Notes: generated from the letters alone by a model not told the origin. A stretch of 64,000 bases of DNA from Lama glama (GCA_028534125.1 CM052818.1:9488001-9552000), one strand, 5' to 3'; shown: positions 38,701 to 50,618, counted from the first letter of the stretch. Translations and numbers: made by a program.

Positions 38701-40184
38701 AAGTAGTTAATTCTGAACTACTATTACTTCTGTAAGACCACGTAAGACCGTTGATTTTCAAACATCTGTGTATATATATGGCCCAAGAACCACAGTGAAG
38801 AACAGAAATAGATGAGAGGAGAGAAGAAAGCAGAATACCTTTCTTAACCTTTTCCATTCTTCTTTAGCCAGAGAAGTTTGATTTTATATAATAAGTGTCC
38901 CTGGCAATATTTTCTTTGTATAGAAAGTTATGCTGACTTAAATTTTTAAGATTTGAAGAGCCACCATATTATAAGATTTAGGAAAAAGAAACCATATTTT
39001 AATTTTTATACTGCATTACCTGACACTTAATGAGCATCCAGTAAATGTTTTACTCTCGTTAAATGTGAGATTAGAGGTATAAACAATGACTGTAGGCTAT
39101 TCTTTCCAGAGAAGAACATACCCTTTCTTTGAAGAGAGAAGGTGGTAACTGTAGCTATGAGGGGTTAAGGGATTGAATTTTAAAGTTAGAATTTGAATAG
39201 ATCTAGGATTTGTAGGAAATGACCCAGAAGAGATAAATTTGGAAATATAGACAAAGAAATGAGTATTGTATATATACATCATACTTTTTAGAACTTTTTC
39301 AAACCATTTGTAAAATTAATGCAAGACTGTGTAGTAACTGTGCTTTACTGTATTTTTCATGCTGCCTCCATGTGCGGAAGTAGCAAAAATTTATGTCAAG
39401 ATAAAAGAATTTATTAGGCCACAAGTGACGCATTCAGAGTCAAATACTAGTGCATCTAAACTCCTCAGCCACTGCTTTGACATTGTCACCTACTTCTTCC
39501 TCTTCGCCTAATTGTCACTTCACTTTTCAGGTTAGGCTGTGCACTCACGTAGACCAAATCTGCTCTCATTTTTTGCTTCCAATTATACTCCTTTCTATGT
39601 GATGGTGGGAATACAGATAGTAAATCATACATCTTCTGTAAATTTTTCCTTAGTAACTTTTATACCTTTCACATTGAAATCTCCTTGGTTTGGAAGTATA
39701 TATTTTATTTCTCTACGTAAAGCTTCCAATACAGGGTGTTTTCTATTAACCGATAAACAGTTGGAAGCATTCAACCATTTCCCTTAACCTGAGACTAACA
39801 GGCATAAAAATGTTACTGCCTTTCAGATTTTGTTTGCCTGCTCCTCATAAAGATAGTACAGAGTGTTTCATTCAAGTTTATCCATTTCAAAAGAAATAGC
39901 TAGATTAAACAAAAAGAACACATTTTATGTTTACATGTTACAATGAGGTTGTCCATAGTTATGCACTAACACGTGGTTGTTTTCCAACGGTTTGTATAAA
40001 TGTTCCTTAAACTTGTAGGCTATGGATGGTGAATGACTAGCAAATGGAGTTGTTTTGTACCTGTTTTCATGTATAAAGTGTGCCTATTTCTGTGCATAAA
40101 AAATACAGTATGTAAGGTGGTTCTAAGGTGTCACTGTGTGCAGCTTTCAAAATTATTGCCATTGTTTTATGTAAATCATTTCAG

Positions 40185-40338
40185 GTTTTAAGGAAGTCAG
40201 TGATCATTCAAAAGACACAGAGAGCTATGAGTATGACTTGATAGGAGTGACTGTTCACACAGGAACAGCAGATGGTGGGCACTATTACAGCTTCATTAGA
40301 GATATAGTCAATCCACATGCTTATAAAAACAATAAATG
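40185..40338 (+). CDS. USP34: USP34 exon w23, His box: FKEVSDHSKDTESYEYDLIGVTVHTGTADGGHYYSFIRDIVNPHAYKNNK(W); catalytic His codon 40280-40282
   Basis: tttcag/GT ... TG/gtgagt; USP motif YxLxGVxVHxG...GHY. Confidence 0.97.
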
Positions 40339-41093
40339 GTGAGTTTTAACTATTTTATTCTTGGGATTTGAAAAAATCTTTTTTTCTGTTCTTAAAGTAT
40401 AAGATTTTGATAGCTTTTTCTTGAAATAGTTTTCTGATTTTAGTTTTCTAAAAACTTTCTATAAAGTTGGGAAAGGGGGTACATAAAGTGTTGAAATGAA
40501 AGCAGCTTTCAAAAGATAGTATGAATCTGTTGTTCTTAAACTTCATAGATCTCCAGACTTTTGAGAATTTGGATGAATGCTTGCCTGAGAAAAATGAGCA
40601 CAAAGTTTTGCACACAATTTTAGATTCATAGACAATATTAACACCTTCCAAATCTTACCTCTCTGTGTTCACTTATTCAAGAACTGTTTACTGAATACCT
40701 TCTACAGTGTGACCACAAAGTCCTTATATATTCCAGTTAAAAATTACCTGCATACTTCGTTCTTTTCACCTTACCTTTCCCTTCTGACACACACATTCTT
40801 TTTATCATCTTTTATCAAGTTAATGGTTGGATGTCACTGATAGCTGGTTTTTGGTTTTTGGATGTTGTTGGGTCAAGTCTCAAGTATAGACTGTTGCTGT
40901 GCTAGGGAATGTTGTAAGTGTTACAGATACTGCTTTGAGCAGGGTATACATAGATAAGTTGATCTGCAGTTGACAGGATAGTTTTGTTCAACTATATGTC
41001 ACTCTTTAAGCCATCATGTCCATGGTATCTCTTACTTTTTTGTTCATGTGAATATATTTCTATATTTTGAATCTTTTTTGTTCATAAATTTTA

Positions 41094-41225
41094 TTTTTTT
41101 ATTTATTTTGGGCAGGGGGGTAATTAAGTTTGCTTATTTATTTTTAGAGGGGGTACTGGGGATTGAACTCAGGACCTTGTGTATGCTAAGCATGCACTCT
41201 ACCACTTGAGCTATACCCTCCTTGC
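41094..41225 (-). mobile_element. vic-1-like tRNA SINE, long form
   Basis: Perfect 16-bp TSD ttgttcataaatttta (41078-41093, 41226-41241); A and B boxes on the minus strand. Confidence 0.92.
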
Positions 41226-41304
41226 TTGTTCATAAATTTTAAAATGGTGTCTTTATCATTGTAAGTTCTCCATTCTCTTAATGTTTTCTAATAGCTTTAC
41301 ATGT

Positions 41305-43562
41305 AATGTGTATATTTTTCTATGTCTGTGAGTCTTTCTGTTTTGTAAATAAGTTCATTTGTGTCATATTTTAGATTATACATGTAAGTGAAATGTGCTA
41401 TTTGTCTTTCTCTGTCTTACTAGTAAGTGACTTACTTCACTTAGTATCATAACCTCTAAGTCTATCCATGTTGCTGCAAATGGCATTATTTCATTCTTTT
41501 TATGGCTGAGTAATATTCCACTGTGTATGTGTATATATTTAGGTTGTTTCCATGTCTTGGCAATTGTAAACAGTGCTGCTGTGAACATTGGGGTGCATGT
41601 ATCTTTTCAAATTAGAGTTTCATCCAGATACATACCCAGGAGTGAGATTGCTGGATCATATGGTAACTCTATTTTTAGTCTTTTAAGGAACCTCCATACT
41701 GTTTTACATAGTGGCTGCACCAATTTACATTACCACCAGCAGTGTAGGAGGTTCCCTTTTCTCCACACCCTCTCCAGTGTTTGTTATTTGTCGATATTTT
41801 TAATGATGGCCATTCGATGGGTGTGAGGTAATACCTCTTTGTAGTTTTGATTTGCATTTCTCTGATAATTAGCAGTATTGAGCATCTTTTCATGTGCCTG
41901 TTGGCCATCTGTATGTCTTTGGAGAAATGTCTGTTAGGTCTTCTGCCCATTTTTTGATTGGGTTGTTTGGTCTTTTGTTATTGAGTTGTATGAGCTATTT
42001 GTATATTCTGGAAATTAAGTATTTGTTGGTTGCATCATTTGCAAATATTTTCTCCCAATCTGTAGGTTGTCTTTTTGATTTGTTTATGGTTCCTTTGCTG
42101 TGCAAAAGCTTGTAAGTTTAATTAGGTCCCATTTGTTTATTTTTGCTTTTATTTCTATTGCCTTGGGAGACTGACCTAAGAAAACATTACTATAGTTTAT
42201 GTCAGAGAATGTTTTGCCTTTGTTCTCTTCTAGGAGTTTTATAGTATTATGTCTTATATTTAAATCTTTAAGCCATTTTGAGTTTACTTCTGTGTACAGT
42301 GTGAGGGAGTGTTCTGTCTTCATTGATTTACATGAGGCTGTTCAGCTTTCCCAACACCACTTGCTAAAGAAACTGTCTTCTCATTGTTTATTTTTGCCTC
42401 CTTTGTCAAATATTGATTGACCGTAGGTGTGTGGGTTTATTCCTAGCCTCCCTGTTCTGTTTCATTGATCCATGTCTGTTTTTGTGCCAGTACCACACTG
42501 TTTTGGATTGCTATAGCTTTGTAGTATTGTCTGAAGTCTGGGAAGGTTATGCCTCCAGCTTTGTTCTTTTTCCTCAGTATTGCTTTGGCAAGTCTGGATC
42601 TTTTATGGTTCTGTATAAATTATAGGATTATTCTAGTTCTGTGAAAAATGTCATGGGTAATTTGATAGGAATTGCATTAAATCTGTAGATTGCTTTGGGT
42701 AATATGGCCATTTCAGCCATATTAGTTCTTCTAATCCAAGAGCGTGGGATACCTTTCCATTTCTTTAAATCATCTTCAGTTTCCTTTATCAATGTCTTAT
42801 AATTCTCAGCATTATAAGTCTTTCATCTCTTTGGTCAGGTTTATTCCTAAGTGTTTTATTTCTTACTGATGTAATTTAAAAAGGAATTTTTTTTTAAATT
42901 CCCCTCTCTGATATTTCATTGTTAGTGTATGAAAATGCAACAGATTTCTGTATTTTAATCTTACGTCCTGCTAACCATCTGATTTGATCAGTTCTAGTAG
43001 TTTTTGTGTGGAGTCTTAGGGTTTTCTATACATAATACCATTTTATCTGCATATTATGACAGTTTTACCTCTTCTCCAATTTGGATACCTTTTATTTCTT
43101 GTCTGATTGCTGTGGCTAGGACTTCCACTACTATATTGAATAGAAGTGGTGAGTGGACATCCTTGTCTTGCTCCAGATTTTAGCAGTAAGGCTTTCCAGT
43201 GTTATGTTGTCTGTGGGTTTGTCGTAAATAGCTTTAATTATGTTGAGATATATCTCCTCTATACCCACTTTGGTAAGAGTTTTTATCATGAATGGATATT
43301 GAATTTTATCAAATGCTTTTTCTGCATCTATTGAGACAATCATTTGGTTTTTGTCTTTTGTTGATGTGTATCCCATTGATCGATTTGCTTATGTTGAACC
43401 ATCCTTGTGCCCCTCAAATGAATCCAACTTATTTGTGGTGTAGGATCTTTTTATGTGTTGTTGGCTTTGGTTTGCTAATACTTTGTTGAAATTTTTTGCA
43501 TCTATGTTCATAAAAGCTATTGGCCTGTAATTTTCTTTTTTGGTATTTTTGTTTAGTTTTGG
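41305..43562 (-). mobile_element. Lineage-specific L1, 5'-truncated, RT through ORF2 C-terminus and partial 3'UTR
   Basis: ORF2 peptides [68 protein letters not shown] tagctttacatgt at 41292-41304 and 43563-43575. Confidence 0.93.
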
Positions 43563-43823
43563 TAGCTTTACATGTTATATTTATGTGAACTTTTTGTTTC
43601 TTGCTTTTATGAACTCTTCTGTTCCTCCTAGGTTATAAATAGATCTGTCAGACTTTAGGGTAGTTATGACTACGTTGTAAAATTACATTCCCAATTTCTA
43701 GTAGATTAGAATTGTCAGAACAAGAGCTTGGAATTTATCCTGTTTTAATAAGTTTGACCAGTATTTGTGATGTGTTAGAAATAGTACATATATACTTGAT
43801 CAGCACTGTATGTTCTGCCTTAG

Positions 43824-43902
43824 GTATCTTTTTAATGATGCTGAGGTAAAACCTTTTGATTCTGCTCAACTTGCCTCTGAATGCTTTGGTGGGGAGATGA
43901 CG
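43824..43902 (+). CDS. USP34: USP34 exon w24: (W)YLFNDAEVKPFDSAQLASECFGGEMT
   Basis: ccttag/G ... ACG/gtaagt; 79 nt, phase 2-0; WxxFND motif. Confidence 0.96.
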
Positions 43903-44181
43903 GTAAGTTTTATTCAAAAATTATAAATGTTTTGTGACTTTCTAAGTGCTTTGCAGTATCATAAAATCCAATAGCTAAGTCATTCACTTTTTTTTATCGC
44001 CATGATTAAATCAAAAATTATTCAGTTGTTGCTTATTATTTAGTATTGTTTAGTATGTTTGGAACATATACCAGACATTAGGAAATATTCTTAATCACTA
44101 TTTCTTTATCTAAGAAGTTTTCATTAAGACACTTAAGTCTTACAGTTGAACAATTAGATAATACTGTAAGTATTGAATTAC

Positions 44182-44281
44182 NNNNNNNNNNNNNNNNNNN
44201 NNNNNNNNNNNNNNNNNNNNNNNNNNNNNNNNNNNNNNNNNNNNNNNNNNNNNNNNNNNNNNNNNNNNNNNNNNNNNNNNN
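44182..44281. other. Assembly gap (100 N)
   Basis: Run of N. Confidence 1.
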
Positions 44282-44424
44282 TTTTTTTTTTTTTTTTTTT
44301 TTTTTTTGTGAAGAGAAGGTAATCAGATTTATTTATTTGTTTTTAGAGGAGGTCCTAGGGTTTGAACCCAGGACTTCGTGCATGCTAAGCATGCACTCTA
44401 CCACTTGAGCTATACCCTCCCCCG
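44282..44424 (-). mobile_element. vic-1-like tRNA SINE whose pure poly(A) tail runs into the gap
   Basis: Reverse complement GGGGGAGGGTATAGCTCAAGTGGTAGAGTGCATGCTTAGCATGCACGAAGTCCTGGGTTCAAACCC; 26 T next to the Ns. Confidence 0.92.
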
Positions 44425-45234
44425 CTTTAGTACTTTTTTAACAGCAGCAGCCACCTGCTTATTACTAATAACAGGATAGAAAAAGACTATCTGTTCTGTA
44501 ATTAGCAGTTAAATATAAGAAAAGATAGTCAGGTTGGAGTAGTAGTATAATAATTTCACTTCTTCATAGGCAATTTACCCTAGTACCAATTTTCCGAAAA
44601 CTTTAAAAGTACCTTGTTGATTTTCACAAATCAAGTATTAAAAAGTCATTTCTATTTCACAGGTAAGCTCAGATAAAGTTATTTTCCACTTTAATAGCCA
44701 TATTGATTGTGAAATAACTGTTCACATTCTGGATTTTAATGAAGAGGCTTTTTTATTGCTCTTTAGTGCTTTTATGAACTATTCTGAGTAGAAAAGAAAA
44801 AGTAGACCAATTGCTCACACTTGGAAAATGGGTAGAAGGAAGTAAATAATGAGTTACCATTGAAGCCATAACTAAATGTATTGCATCCCTAGATGTTATT
44901 CCATAGGATAGTTCCTTTAAAAAAAAGAAAGAAAGAAAGAAAAGAAACAAACTGTGTTAAACTCTTCTTTTAATTTAAAAGGCAGTTTTTCAGATTGCAG
45001 GTTCATTTTATTAAGCTTTATATATTTGATAGTAAAGTACCTTAAAAAATGTTTTGAACCTTTGTTTTTAAGTACATATTCCTAGCCAAAAACTTAAGTC
45101 ATGAACTTTAGTGAATATAATGCTTTTTGAAAACTATTTACAAGGTTACTGTAAAGTATAAAATATTTCATATATAAATACAGTTGAGTGTACCCATGTT
45201 TTAAAGAAGGAAAACTTTTTATTTTTTTAAACAG

Positions 45235-45288
45235 ACCAAGACCTATGATTCTGTTACAGATAAATTTATGGATTTCTCCTTTGAAAAG
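45235..45288 (+). CDS. USP34: USP34 exon w25: TKTYDSVTDKFMDFSFEK
   Basis: aaacag/ACC ... AAG/gtaacc; 54 nt. Confidence 0.94.
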
Positions 45289-45418
45289 GTAACCATTTCT
45301 TTCCTATAGAGTTTTACATTATTTTCTGAATTTCACGTTTTCTAGTCTTACAGTTACACTGTGTCAAAATGAAAATACACCTTTTTGTTTTGTTTTGTTT
45401 TGTTTTTGCCTCTTAAAG

Positions 45419-45514
45419 ACACACAGTGCTTATATGCTGTTTTACAAACGCATGGAACCAGAGGAAGAAAATGGGAAAGAGTACAAATTTGATGTTTCAT
45501 CCGAGTTACTAGAG
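45419..45514 (+). CDS. USP34: USP34 exon w26: THSAYMLFYKRMEPEEENGKEYKFDVSSELLE (end of USP domain)
   Basis: ttaaag/ACA ... GAG/gtacaa; 96 nt; AYMLFY motif. Confidence 0.95.
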
Positions 45515-46544
45515 GTACAAGTAAATTTAACTTCAGCAGCAAATTAAAAACATATTAAGTATTTATGCAAGGATTAGTACTATAATATGAAAACAGGCTA
45601 TAACATCACTAGAATCTATAATTGAGGGTAGACCTATTTAAAACTGTTTACAGATAGTCTTGGTAACACTGACATACATAGGTGAATGTAAGGTGAATGT
45701 AAAGTGAATGAGATTAACAGGAGTGGAAAACAATTACTAGTAACATGGTAAACAAAAATTGGTTGATGGAATCAAGGCAAATTCACAGGTAACTTGGGTG
45801 GTTGATGATATTCTTGGATTGGGTGATAGGATTGCAAATGATCTTTTTCTTCTACATCATGTTACAAGTATATAGTATATTTGAAATGTATTTGAAATAT
45901 GTATTATGTATATTTTAAAATGTGCCTCATTTGTAGTAATGAGGTTCTCATTGTTTCCTAATGTAGTGTTAATGCTACTTTAATGTTTTAAGATTTATAA
46001 AAAGTATTCACAACTCATTATGTTGTATCAGTGTTATAAATTCAGTCAGCCAAAAGTACAGAAAGTAAATCTCCAGAATGATTTTCTTGATAAAAGTTTG
46101 TTTCTACTATCTAGACAGTTCAGCTTTTACTATCTGATTTATTGATTGATATTTGCATTGTTATACTCAGGTATTAAAACTGAGTGGATTTTGTTCCACA
46201 GACACTCTTAGCTGGTATCTTGCCTACCTATAATTTACCGATTTATAATTTATCAGAAAAGCCAAGAATATTATCTTCTTTCAAACCCTTGAGTTGGATT
46301 TACCAGCAAAATTAAATGCTTTACTAGATTTCAAGTTACTAAACTCACCTATGTATACAAAAATTTATTTCAACTGCTATCATAACCGAAATTAAGTAGA
46401 TTATGATCACCATTATGTATAAGACTTTGTGTCCCCAGGGTATTCAGACAAACATGTTCTAGATGAGAACCCAACAGTATTTAATGATAGCCAGCCCACT
46501 TGTGAAGTAAAATGAAATTTTAAATAAAACATATAGCAATAATA

Positions 46545-47032
46545 CAATCGACACTTGAACAACACAGGCTTAAACTGTGGTGTCCACTTACATGTGGATT
46601 TTTTCCCAATAAATACAGTATCTGTAAGTAAGTATGAATTTCTTAAGTTACCTTTTCATTTTTTATGTCATAGTAATATGATGTCTATAGTGTTTTGTAT
46701 CATATGACTATTGATGCAAGTATTGACGAACGATTCATCTTGCAAACAGACATAAAACCACAGTAGATAAATACAGTACTGTAAATGTATTTCCTCTCAC
46801 TTATATTTTCTTAACATTTTCTTCTCCCTAGCTTATTTTAATTGTAAGAATACAATGTATCATATATATAATGTACAAAATATGTTTTAAATGACTGTTT
46901 GTTATTGGTAAGGCTTCCAGTCAACAGTAGGCTACCAGTAGTTAAGTTTTGGAGAGTCAAAAGTAATACACAGATTTTTTACTGTGCAGGATTTTGGCAC
47001 TCCTCACCCCTTCATTGTTCAAGGGTCAACTG
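46545..47032 (+). mobile_element. Tigger2a-like non-autonomous Tc1/mariner element
   Basis: TIRs caatcgacacttgaacaa ... ttgttcaagggtcaactg, preceded by TA. Confidence 0.82.
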
Positions 47033-47050
47033 GAAATTGTTCATTTACAT

Positions 47051-47549
47051 AAATGGTTTTCAAACTTTCTGTTCTCAGGACCCCGTTACATTCTTAAAAA
47101 TTATTGAGAACCTTAAAGTTTTTAATTTTAATGTGGTTATATATATCAGCATTTACCATAATAGAAATTAAAACAAAATATTTAAATTTATTTTAAAATA
47201 TCAAAAATAAACCTGTGACATGCAATATAAAAAACATTTTATGAAAAAATTTTTTCAGAATAAAACACTTCGTGAGAAAAGTGGCCCTGTTTTATATTTT
47301 TGTAAATGTCTCTAGTATCTGATTTAATGGAAGACAGATTCTGCCTGTGGTCTCTTGTGATCTCATTCATCATTGAGCCTCTGGAAAACTCCATTGTACA
47401 CTCAGGAGAGAATGAGAGTTTTAACAAGACAGATAGCATTGTAATAGTATTAAGAAAATTGTTTGGACCTTACAGACACCCTAAAAAGATCACAAGAGAC
47501 ATCTGGGGGAGGGGAGGATGTTCTCTAACTCATTCTTTGAGAACCACTG
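47051..47549. mobile_element. hAT-Charlie element (Charlie4a-like)
   Basis: Ends tggttttcaaa ... tttgagaaccactg; internal 'ctcaggaccccgttacattcttaaaaattattgag'. Confidence 0.72.
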
Positions 47550-49367
47550 ATTTATGTTTGACAAAAGAGAATCCCAGACCTCTGCTCTACTATAACAAGA
47601 AAAATAAACTGAACTACATTACAACATCCTTGATTACAGACCTAACCAAACATTTTTCATATCATTGTTTTGGCTTATTAATTTAAAATGTTTGCCTGCA
47701 TATACATTTTACTTTAAAAATTAAATAAAATATAATAATACTGCTACTTAATAAAGATTTTAAGTATAAATTAGAATCTTACGCTTTAGATTTGTACAGT
47801 TAAAATATAGCTGGTAGCAGACTTTCTCAAAAGGGAAAACAAAATTTTAGAACCATAAAATATATTAAGTAAGCAAACATTATAAATTGTAGTGACAGTT
47901 GTGGATAAAACAAGTAGAGTGCTCAGAAAGGGTTGTTATTTAGATCAGGATTGCTAAGGAAGGTGATCAGGAAATGCTTCAGATTATCCTAAAACTGAGA
48001 CTTGAGAGTTAGTAAGGAGTTAATCATGTGACGAGTACTCCAGGCAGAGAGAACATTACATACAAATCCCCTGAGGAAGGAGCTTATTGGCGTGTTGTAG
48101 AAGCTGACAGATGACTTCTTTTGCTGTGATGATTAATCAGTGCAAGAGAGTGGCCCAAGAGGAAGTTGGATGGGTATATAGGAAATGTCTAAGAATGTTT
48201 CTATCAATGTAGTACAATAATCTCACACTTAGTCATAACCCAGTTGGCTCCACATACAGTGTATTGGTGCCGTGTAAGAAGGACCATCAAAAAAGATAAA
48301 TATTTCTGTAGGATAGAAATGGAGTAGAATTAAAAGCACTGAGTTCTGATGGAAATCACAGGTCTACCAGGGTTTAGGTCCATAGCAGACAGTAGTGGTC
48401 AAGAATTAAACAAAAATTATGACACAAAATCTAGAGCTGAGAGCTGTGGCTAGAAGCAAGAAGCTCAGAATTGGCTGTGTAAAGGCACTGAATCGGAATG
48501 GGTGAATGCTGTCAGACTGTCCTTGGGGCTGTACAGAAAGCTGTATGCCTGAAGATGCCAGAGGACCAAGAACTCTTAAGCAGGCCAGATCAGTTATGTG
48601 ATACTGCAAGTATCAGTGTGATGCAGGAGCTCTAACACATGGTTATAAGACTTGGTTCTGTACTAGAGACATAGGCTAGGAAGGCAAGTAGAGGTGGTTT
48701 TAAGTCTTCAGTGGAATAAAGACAATCAGTAATGTCTGTAATTGGAGCATACATTTATTCTAGATAAAAATAATTATATGGAGCTTACTTGAGCATGCTT
48801 AGAGTGTTCAGAGAGAGAACGGAACACAAAAATTAAAGTCTGCAAAGCCAATTCTACAGAACAAATGTCAGAAATAATCATTTTTCACAACTTTCATAGA
48901 GTAAACAAGAAAATCCCCTCGTTTAGGTCTGCCAACCTGAATAAAATTTATTTTGTCAGTTTTTAAACAAAACCTTTTTCTCTCATGACCTGTTCTTACC
49001 AAAATATCAACCTAACATAGTTTTCATGTATGTTATCAACATAACAGTTTTTTCATTATATATTTGCTCTTCAGACAGGTGGGATTTCAGAGTTCTTTCA
49101 AAATCCTCATAATACATTTTTTTTTAAATCATTATCACTTGAGGTAGCCAGAGAAGTAATGATAAATTGGATCAGGTTTAGTAACTACTTTCATATTCCA
49201 TGTACCTGGGGAAAAACCAACATGAATTTTAAGTGCATGTATTTTTTTGGTTTTTGTTTCTTTTAGAGCAAGTCTCTGTGTGTGTGTGTGTCTAATAAAA
49301 ATATTGGTAAAATGTAATAAAGAAAATATTTTCTGATATCTCATGTTAACATGTTTTTTCTCTTCAG

Positions 49368-49432
49368 TGGATTTGGCATGATAACATGCAGTTTCTTCAA
49401 GATAAAAACATTTTTGAACATACTTACTTTGG
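49368..49432 (+). CDS. USP34: USP34 exon w27: WIWHDNMQFLQDKNIFEHTYF(G)
   Basis: cttcag/TGG ... GG/gtaagt; 65 nt. Confidence 0.95.
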
Positions 49433-49525
49433 GTAAGTTTGGTAGATTTAGTAATACATTTTTTTGTTACACATTTCCTAAAAATCTTATTCCATAAGAA
49501 TTTTAACGATATTTTCAAATTGCAG

Positions 49526-49601
49526 GTTTATGTGGCAGTTATGTAGTTGTATCCCCAGTACATTACCAGATCCTAAAGCTGTATCCTTAATGACAGCAAA
49601 G
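49526..49601 (+). CDS. USP34: USP34 exon w28: FMWQLCSCIPSTLPDPKAVSLMTAK
   Basis: ttgcag/G ... AAG/gtaata; 76 nt. Confidence 0.95.
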
Positions 49602-49687
49602 GTAATATATAACCTTAGATAATTTCTTCGACATTAGCTACTTTAAAATAATTAAATCTTTTTGCTTAATTTTATCTTTTCTTACAG

Positions 49688-49735
49688 TTAAGCACTTCCT
49701 TTGTCCTGGAGACATTTATTCATTCAAAAGAAAAG
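49688..49735 (+). CDS. USP34: USP34 exon w29: LSTSFVLETFIHSKEK
   Basis: ttacag/TTA ... AAG/gtatgt; 48 nt. Confidence 0.94.
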
Positions 49736-49825
49736 GTATGTGTTTTCTTTTGTAAATATTTATGTCATTTATGTTATTTATTAGCTATCTCTTAATGCCT
49801 TCAGTGACTTTTTTTTCTTTTTTAG

Positions 49826-49891
49826 CCCACAATGCTTCAGTGGATTGAACTGTTGACCAAACAATTTAATAATAGTCAAGCAGCTTGTGAG
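49826..49891 (+). CDS. USP34: USP34 exon w30: PTMLQWIELLTKQFNNSQAACE
   Basis: ttttag/CCC ... GAG/gtgagg; 66 nt. Confidence 0.94.
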
Positions 49892-50618
49892 GTGAGGTGA
49901 ATAATTCAACAAACAATGCATAGCTTAAGATTCACTTTTTTGTTTTGTTTTCTTTTATTCTTAACTTAGATACTGCAGCAAAATTGTTTTATCTTTTATA
50001 AATCATATGAAGTCCAATGTAAGTTATTCCTAAAATTACTTGATTGCTAAGAGAAAGTTATAATTATGTATCAAATTCATTATATTACTTAAATAATTGA
50101 TTTTTAAGTTATTTAAAAATCCTTGCTGCCCCCTTGTGTATTAAAAGGAAAAAATATAGAAAATTCAGAATACTGTACCAGGTATTTCTTAAGTACTTTT
50201 GCATGTTATTAGAAAATATTTAAAAATGTGTATCGCCCTTCTCCCTCTGAGGAAAAAAATGCATATATCCCTGTAGATGAATTTATGTCCTATTTTATCT
50301 TCTCCCATATTGCACTGTAAGAGAAATACATCCCTAAGGATAATATGCTCACAGGTAAAGATCAGTTAGCCATATTGCTATCTTAATTTTCATTTATGGT
50401 TATCTCCCAGAGTATTGTGTACTTTTCTAGGAATGTGAGTCTTATAAATTTCCAGAGGTGGGAGATAGCAGCATGATGAGGTTAGTTGAAGATTTTTTCA
50501 TATATAGGTTTTTAGAAAGATTTTTTTTTAAAGTTTTCTTCAGTTCGTTTGTTTGAATTAGTATTTAAACAAGATTCACATTTGCTTTTGTCTCCTAAGT
50601 TACTTTTCATCTATAATA

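Noticed and set aside
41305..43562. Active or domesticated reverse transcriptase gene
   Set aside because: It is 5'-truncated and split into several short frames by stops and indels.
43824..43832. U12-type donor (GTATCTTT)
   Set aside because: It lies at the start of a coding exon and misses the GTATCCTT consensus. None of the real donors is U12-like.
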